DNA of 64,000 bases from Tubulanus polymorphus (taxonomy: Eukaryota; Animalia; Nemertea), in NCBI RefSeq assembly GCF_964204645.1, contig NW_027437462.1, positions 27,001 through 91,000 of the forward strand, written 5' to 3'. Both the position numbers and the translations under genes were made by a program. The notes below the pieces were generated by a model that had not been told where the DNA came from, made no database searches, and saw only the letters and a program-made list of their open reading frames with translations. This document shows positions 59,136-64,000 of the stretch, in pieces. The stretch's first letter is position 1. Each line of letters starts with the position of its first letter.

Positions 59136-59988
59136 TGAATGCCCCACAGGCCTTCCCAATACTGACTCGGGGCTCCTCGGGTACACGGCCACGAGGCCCG
59201 GGTGCTTGACTGCCGCCGGCACACCAGTGGCCCCCAGCGGGTACGGTCCCCAGTGTTTTATATCAAAATCTTTTCAAAAGCTCACAAAAATCTGAAATTC
59301 TTTTTACACCGTTCCCTGTTCTAAAACCACTGTTAGATACTGAATATCAAATTTTTAAAGTATTTTTTAAATATCCGGTAATAACCCGCCGGTCCAAGAT
59401 ACTGCCCCGATACACCGTAAGGTGCTGCCGCTATGCTCGTTGTTAGCGGATTTTTCATACACTACTATCAATTAGTTCTGGCAGTCAAGGAACTGTCCAG
59501 TGTCTTTCCGCGTAACCGTACTGTGCTGCCATCTTTTCTGATGACTAAATAATTTAGGAGACCCCTCTTTTTTATTTCAATGTATTTGAATACATTTCTT
59601 TTATTCTGTAAAATAGATGAATTTAACTCAGATCTAAACTGTCACAAATCAATTCAACTTTGCTTTATTGATCGTAATATCAATTAAGATGGCAGCACCG
59701 TACGGTGGTAAGTAAGTCTCGGTAAGTGAAGGACGAATAGTTTGTTTATAGAAACAGCGATTGACAACTAAAACTTATATAAATAAATCTTTGATAAACG
59801 CATCGAAATAAGATATACTGTAGGTTAATTTAGATTGATTAATCATAATTATTCTTGCATTCAAGATTAGGCAGCAAACATTGTTGTTATCCATTTAATT
59901 TTATTTATGAAATATTTAATTTAATTTAATTTAATTTCAGACAAAAAAATTCCTCCTCAGCTCACAGTCAGCAGTGATTCATGTGAAG

Positions 59989-60693
59989 ATGCCGTTATTT
60001 GTGTCTGATTTTGGTCCGTCAGCTCCGCGTGTCAAACCAGAAGCCGATATTTACTACAAGCGAAATCAAGGAAGTTTGAAAAAATGGTTCGATCAAAACG
60101 CGAATAAACAATACAACAGTCCTCGTCCGGTACCGAAATGTCCGTCACCCGCGGCGAAACAACAATACGAGAAACATCGCGGACAAATGAACACTTGGCT
60201 CGACCAATCAAAGAATAGAGATTATAATTCACCGAGACCTCAACCAAGATGTCCGACGCCGGCCGCGAAAGATCAATATAATAAACATCAGGGTTGTATG
60301 AGTGATTTACTGACCGGTTATCCCTCACAGGCAAATACAATAATAATACATCCTCGAGCCGTTAAACCCGAGGCTCAGAGTAACGCTAACGCTCATAAAG
60401 GGAATCAGACTAAATCATTATTTACGAGTTATGGTCGATTACCGCTCTCCGCGAGACCCGTCCCAAAAATAAAACCAGAAGCAGATGGTAACTATAGAAA
60501 GAACCGTGGTTACACGACTACATTGTTTAATGAGTATGGACGGTTACCGCTATCAGCGCGTCCAGCTCCGAAAGTCAAACCTGAAGCATCGAATAACGCC
60601 GAACTCGACCGCGGGGGACGAATGAGTAAAATGCTTACAATGGCGCCACCTAGTGGTAGAAATAATCCCATGTCTATGTCGTGTGCGTTTTAA
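59989..60693 (+). CDS. Uncharacterised basic protein (about 234 aa) built from about six ~36-aa repeats; single coding exon after a 5' UTR intron (acceptor at 59940)
   Basis: Long ORF with diverged protein-level repeats (P.VKPEA...Y.K.RG.M...F..Y...P.S.RP); AATAAA at about 60865. Confidence 0.8.
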   Translation: MPLFVSDFGPSAPRVKPEADIYYKRNQGSLKKWFDQNANKQYNSPRPVPKCPSPAAKQQYEKHRGQMNTWLDQSKNRDYNSPRPQPRCPTPAAKDQYNKHQGCMSDLLTGYPSQANTIIIHPRAVKPEAQSNANAHKGNQTKSLFTSYGRLPLSARPVPKIKPEADGNYRKNRGYTTTLFNEYGRLPLSARPAPKVKPEASNNAELDRGGRMSKMLTMAPPSGRNNPMSMSCAF

Positions 60694-60914
60694 AGTGTAT
60701 CCTCATGAACTCTCGAACTCCTCGTGAACTCTCAAACTCCTTGTGAACTCTCAAACTCCTTGTGAACTCTCAAACTCATTGTGCACTTTCTCTAATATAT
60801 CTGCATAGTTTATATAATTTTACACTTGCTGTGATATTCAGAATATATAATGTTTTTTTTTAGAAATAAAATATTTTATCAGTAAACTGTTCACTGTTCT
60901 ATCTGTCTCTGTAT

Positions 60915-61232
60915 CATCTCTAATCCCCACAGTCGTCAGCTCTCTAATCCCCACAGTCGTCAGCTCTCTAATCCCCACAGTCGTCAGCTCTCTAATCCCC
61001 ACAGTCGTCAGCTCTCTAATCCCCACAGTCGTCAGCTCTCTAATCCCCACAGTCGTCAGCTCTCTAATCCCCACAGTCGTCAGCTCTCTAATCCCCACAG
61101 TCGTCAGCTCTCTAATCCCCACAGTCGTCAGCTCTCTAATCCCCACAGTCGTCAGCTCTCTAATCCCCACAGTCGTCAGCTCTCTAATCCCCACAGTCGT
61201 CAGCTCTCTAATCCCCACAGTCGTCAGCTCTC
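60915..61232. repeat. Intergenic minisatellite, 24-nt unit (CTCTAATCCCCACAGTCGTCAGCT)
   Basis: About 13 identical copies between two convergent 3' ends. Confidence 0.95.
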
Positions 61233-61594
61233 TGTGTCTATTAATCATTCACTGCTAGAATAATTCAGAAAATACTTCAACAGATTTTTATTTGATTATG
61301 AAAATTTTTACACATCAAATTCTAAATAATTACAACCGATCTAGTTAAATATTATTGAAAAACCGCTAATCGCACTGCATCGTGGGTAGTTAAACGGGTA
61401 CGCGTTGCCACGGTAACAACTAGTCGCGTAAAATACAGCGCGTCTAATTCTGAAAGAGAAGAAAATGATAAAATAAAAAACTCTATTAAGATCAACAGAT
61501 TTCGTTGCATCTTAAAATGAGTAAAAATAATGAAAGACAAAGTGTCAGATTCGACACGTGGAGACACCTGGTGGTGGCGATATTCCTTACCTTT

Positions 61595-62905
61595 CTATTT
61601 CTTCAGTAATTGATGTCGAACGAGTAAAAATGGGGCATTAAATCCAGTTCCGAAAAACAGTATGAAATACGCTGTTAACTTGAATTTATTACCAATTCCA
61701 AACGGTAGATTCTAAAAATAGATAGAACAAGTATTTAATAATCAGACACTTTCATATTGACAGCCATTCTGTCACCCCTCACCTCTACAGACAGTCAGCA
61801 CACCCTCAATTAAACCCCTCACCTCTACAGACAGTCAGCACACCCTCAATTAAACCTCTCACCTCTACAGACAGTCAGCACACCCTCAATTAAACCTCTC
61901 ACCTCTACAGACAGTCAGCACACCCTCAATTAAACCCCTCACCTCTACAGACAGTCAGCACACCCTCAATTAAACCCCTCACCTCTACAGACAGTCAGCA
62001 CACCCTCAATTAAACCCCTCACCTCTATAGACAGTCAGCACACCCTCAATTAAACCCCTCACCTCTACAGACAGTCAGCACACCCTCAATTAAACCCCTC
62101 ACCTCTACAGACAGTCAGCGCACCCTCAATTAACCCCCTCACCTCTACAGACAGTCAGCACACCCTCAATTAACCCCCTCACCTCTACAGACAGTCAGCA
62201 CACCCTCAATTAACCCCCTCATCTCTACAGACAGTCAGCACACCCTCAATTAACCCCCTCATCTCTACAGACAGTCAGCACACCCTCAATTAACCCCCTC
62301 CCAGTCAGAATCTCCCAATTGATCTAGATTTACCACCCTAATTGAGTTTTAAACACCCCACCGCTTGACTCCAAATGTCAAACATCGCCTCACTCTCCGG
62401 GGCCACACTCTCCTGGGCCTCACTCTCCGGGGCCACACTCTCCTGCTGGGCATCACTCTCCGGGGCCTCACTAGATCAGAAACTAATTCAGGAAGTTGAA
62501 CAGAGCTCCGGGGCCGAATTGCTGTTAGACAGGTTGCTGTTGCCACGGCAAATTTACTTAAAATTCTTCAAAAACATGGTATTATTCAAAGAAGAAAAAG
62601 GGTTTCTTGAAAGTCGCAGCATTCACTTGAGTTCCACAGTATAAAACACAGGAGCTTTCAACTGTTGACCTTCGTTCCTAAAGCGTGGCAGGTGCGCGTT
62701 TCACTTGTCAGCAGGTGCGCGTTTCATATATTGAAGTTTTTAAGCGAGAAAAACATGGTTTAAACAGATATTGATGATTTATTATTGATATGAGTAAACT
62801 AACCGAGCCCGGAATTCCATGCTGCTGCCAATGTTGACTTCTAGCAGCCGCAGAAACCGAGAAATTCCTCTTCAAAATATTCTGTAAAACTGCACGACCC
62901 GACAT
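61595..62905 (-). CDS. COX7C: Cytochrome c oxidase subunit 7C; exons 62905-62804 and 61711-61595, plus a 3' UTR intron at about 61590-61451
   Basis: MSGRAVLQNILKRNFSVSAAARSQHWQQHGIPGS|NLPFGIGNKFKLTAYFILFFGTGFNAPFLLVRHQLLKK* (PG.NLPF...FG.GF..PF..VRHQLLK signature). Confidence 0.95.
61774..62300. repeat. Intronic minisatellite, 40-nt unit (ACCCCTCACCTCTACAGACAGTCAGCACACCCTCAATTAA)
   Basis: About 13 copies in COX7C intron 1. Confidence 0.95.
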
Positions 62906-63260
62906 CTTTACTGACTTTGTTAATTAGTCTCTGATTGGCCAAATCGCCGTAACCTCTCAGAAATTGGCCAACCAGCGTTAAGATGACAAAGTGGGTTCGA
63001 TCGGAACTTGTTCCGGTCGACGTTCCGCAAAATGATCCGCGGCCGTCAAAAACTTTTTCATGAAACACCGAAAAATCTAATATTTAATACTTTATTACAA
63101 AAAATATGTTTTCGGCGAATTTTAAATTATTCTACTCATGACAATTAATATCATGAGTTTAAAATTAAAAAAATTGCCGAATAAATGGAAATATTCACAA
63201 CGGTTCAGCAACTGGTTCGGGTGTTAGTTAGACGTCAAAGTCAAGCATCAATGAAGAGAA
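62906..63260. promoter_or_regulatory. Putative bidirectional promoter shared by COX7C and NDUFA13
   Basis: Head-to-head genes; CCAAT box (CTGATTGG about 62931); NDUFA13 5' UTR intron acceptor at 63460. Confidence 0.5.
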
Positions 63261-63468
63261 GGTGAAATAAATTGAATTTAGAAGCTTCAAATGATTAATT
63301 AGAGTGTAATCCGACTGATAGAAGGTAATTTATGAAACGATTTCGATTATAAATATTGTCACGTCGAATTTAGTTGAAAAATATTGTCATAATTTTAAAG
63401 ATCAAGCAAAAATTTCTCTGGTTTATAAAAACTAATCAATTCATTTTATTGGTTTTCAGTTTTGAAAG

Positions 63469-63912
63469 ATGACCACATATCGGCAGGATATGCCTCCTAA
63501 AGGAGGGTATAAACCAATAGATTGGGCGATGAGAATGCCGCGTAAAGGTCCCAGCGGTTATATGATGTTTGCAGGATTTGCCGCGTTTACGTCGGTCGCC
63601 GCTGTCGGGTTACACTACAATTATAAATATCTCGATAGGAACCGTTTAGAAGTAACGGAGAGTCGTATCGCCGTGGAGCCGTTACTGAGAGCAGAACGAG
63701 ATCGACTATATCTGAAACGACTGAGAGAGAATCGAGAGGCTGAAGAGAAATTAATGGCCGACGATCCCAACTGGAAAGTGGGTACATTAAACGGAGAGCC
63801 GATATTTCACAACGTCCGAGGAAGGTGGTACGATCCCCCTCTTTATGAATATTATTCAATGGTTAAATATAAAGATTACTATAGACACACAGTTGAACAT
63901 ACACGTCATTAA
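63469..63912 (+). CDS. NDUFA13: NADH:ubiquinone oxidoreductase subunit A13 (GRIM-19)
   Basis: YRQDMPPKGGYKPIDW...RKGPSGYMMF...RIAVEPLLRAERDRLYLKRLRENREAEEKLMADDPNWKVG...EPIFH; uninterrupted CDS. Confidence 0.97.
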   Translation: MTTYRQDMPPKGGYKPIDWAMRMPRKGPSGYMMFAGFAAFTSVAAVGLHYNYKYLDRNRLEVTESRIAVEPLLRAERDRLYLKRLRENREAEEKLMADDPNWKVGTLNGEPIFHNVRGRWYDPPLYEYYSMVKYKDYYRHTVEHTRH

Positions 63913-64000
63913 ATACCGTGACGATTATACCTTCATTAATAAGGTTAACGAATTATGTTAATTACTGTGTTAATTGGTTTCCTTTAGTTTGTAATTAGAT

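Noticed and set aside
60679-60693. CaaX prenylation motif in ...MSCAF*
   Set aside because: The Cys is third from the end, not fourth.
61451-61590. snoRNA in the COX7C 3' UTR intron
   Set aside because: No convincing C box (RTGATGA) and D box pair or H/ACA structure seen by eye; an Infernal/Rfam search would settle it.
62375-62644. 89-aa antisense ORF in COX7C intron 1
   Set aside because: Partly built from a short repeat, with no recognisable homology or splice context.

Overview
Gene-dense, intron-containing eukaryotic DNA from an AT-rich invertebrate metazoan (GT-AG introns mostly 70-100 nt, TTAGGG-type motifs). It is not prokaryotic, so many of the supplied ORFs are single exons or translations of minisatellites. 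Gene order: uncharacterised membrane protein (+), LRRC71 (-), CTDSPL2 (-), uncharacterised N-myristoylated coiled-coil protein (-), Rab11 (+), orphan 3' end of RCC1L (-), LYRM7 (+), SBDS (+), CC2D1/Lgd (+), CERS1-like ceramide synthase (+), WDR49/CFAP337 (+), class A GPCR pseudogene (-), uncharacterised repeat protein (+), COX7C (-), NDUFA13 (+). Main observations: (1) Rab11 has three candidate alternative first coding exons and three tandemly duplicated alternative last exons, giving up to 3x3 isoforms with different N-termini and hypervariable/prenylated C-termini. (2) The LYRM7 stop codon lies 2 nt before the SBDS ATG in the same exon, an apparent bicistronic mRNA. (3) CTCF-like motifs are very dense, many inside coding sequence or just downstream of 5' splice sites. 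(4) Nearly every long intron is a private minisatellite, often hairpin-forming and pyrimidine-rich on the sense strand. Gene names come from my recognition of conserved motifs, not from database searches.
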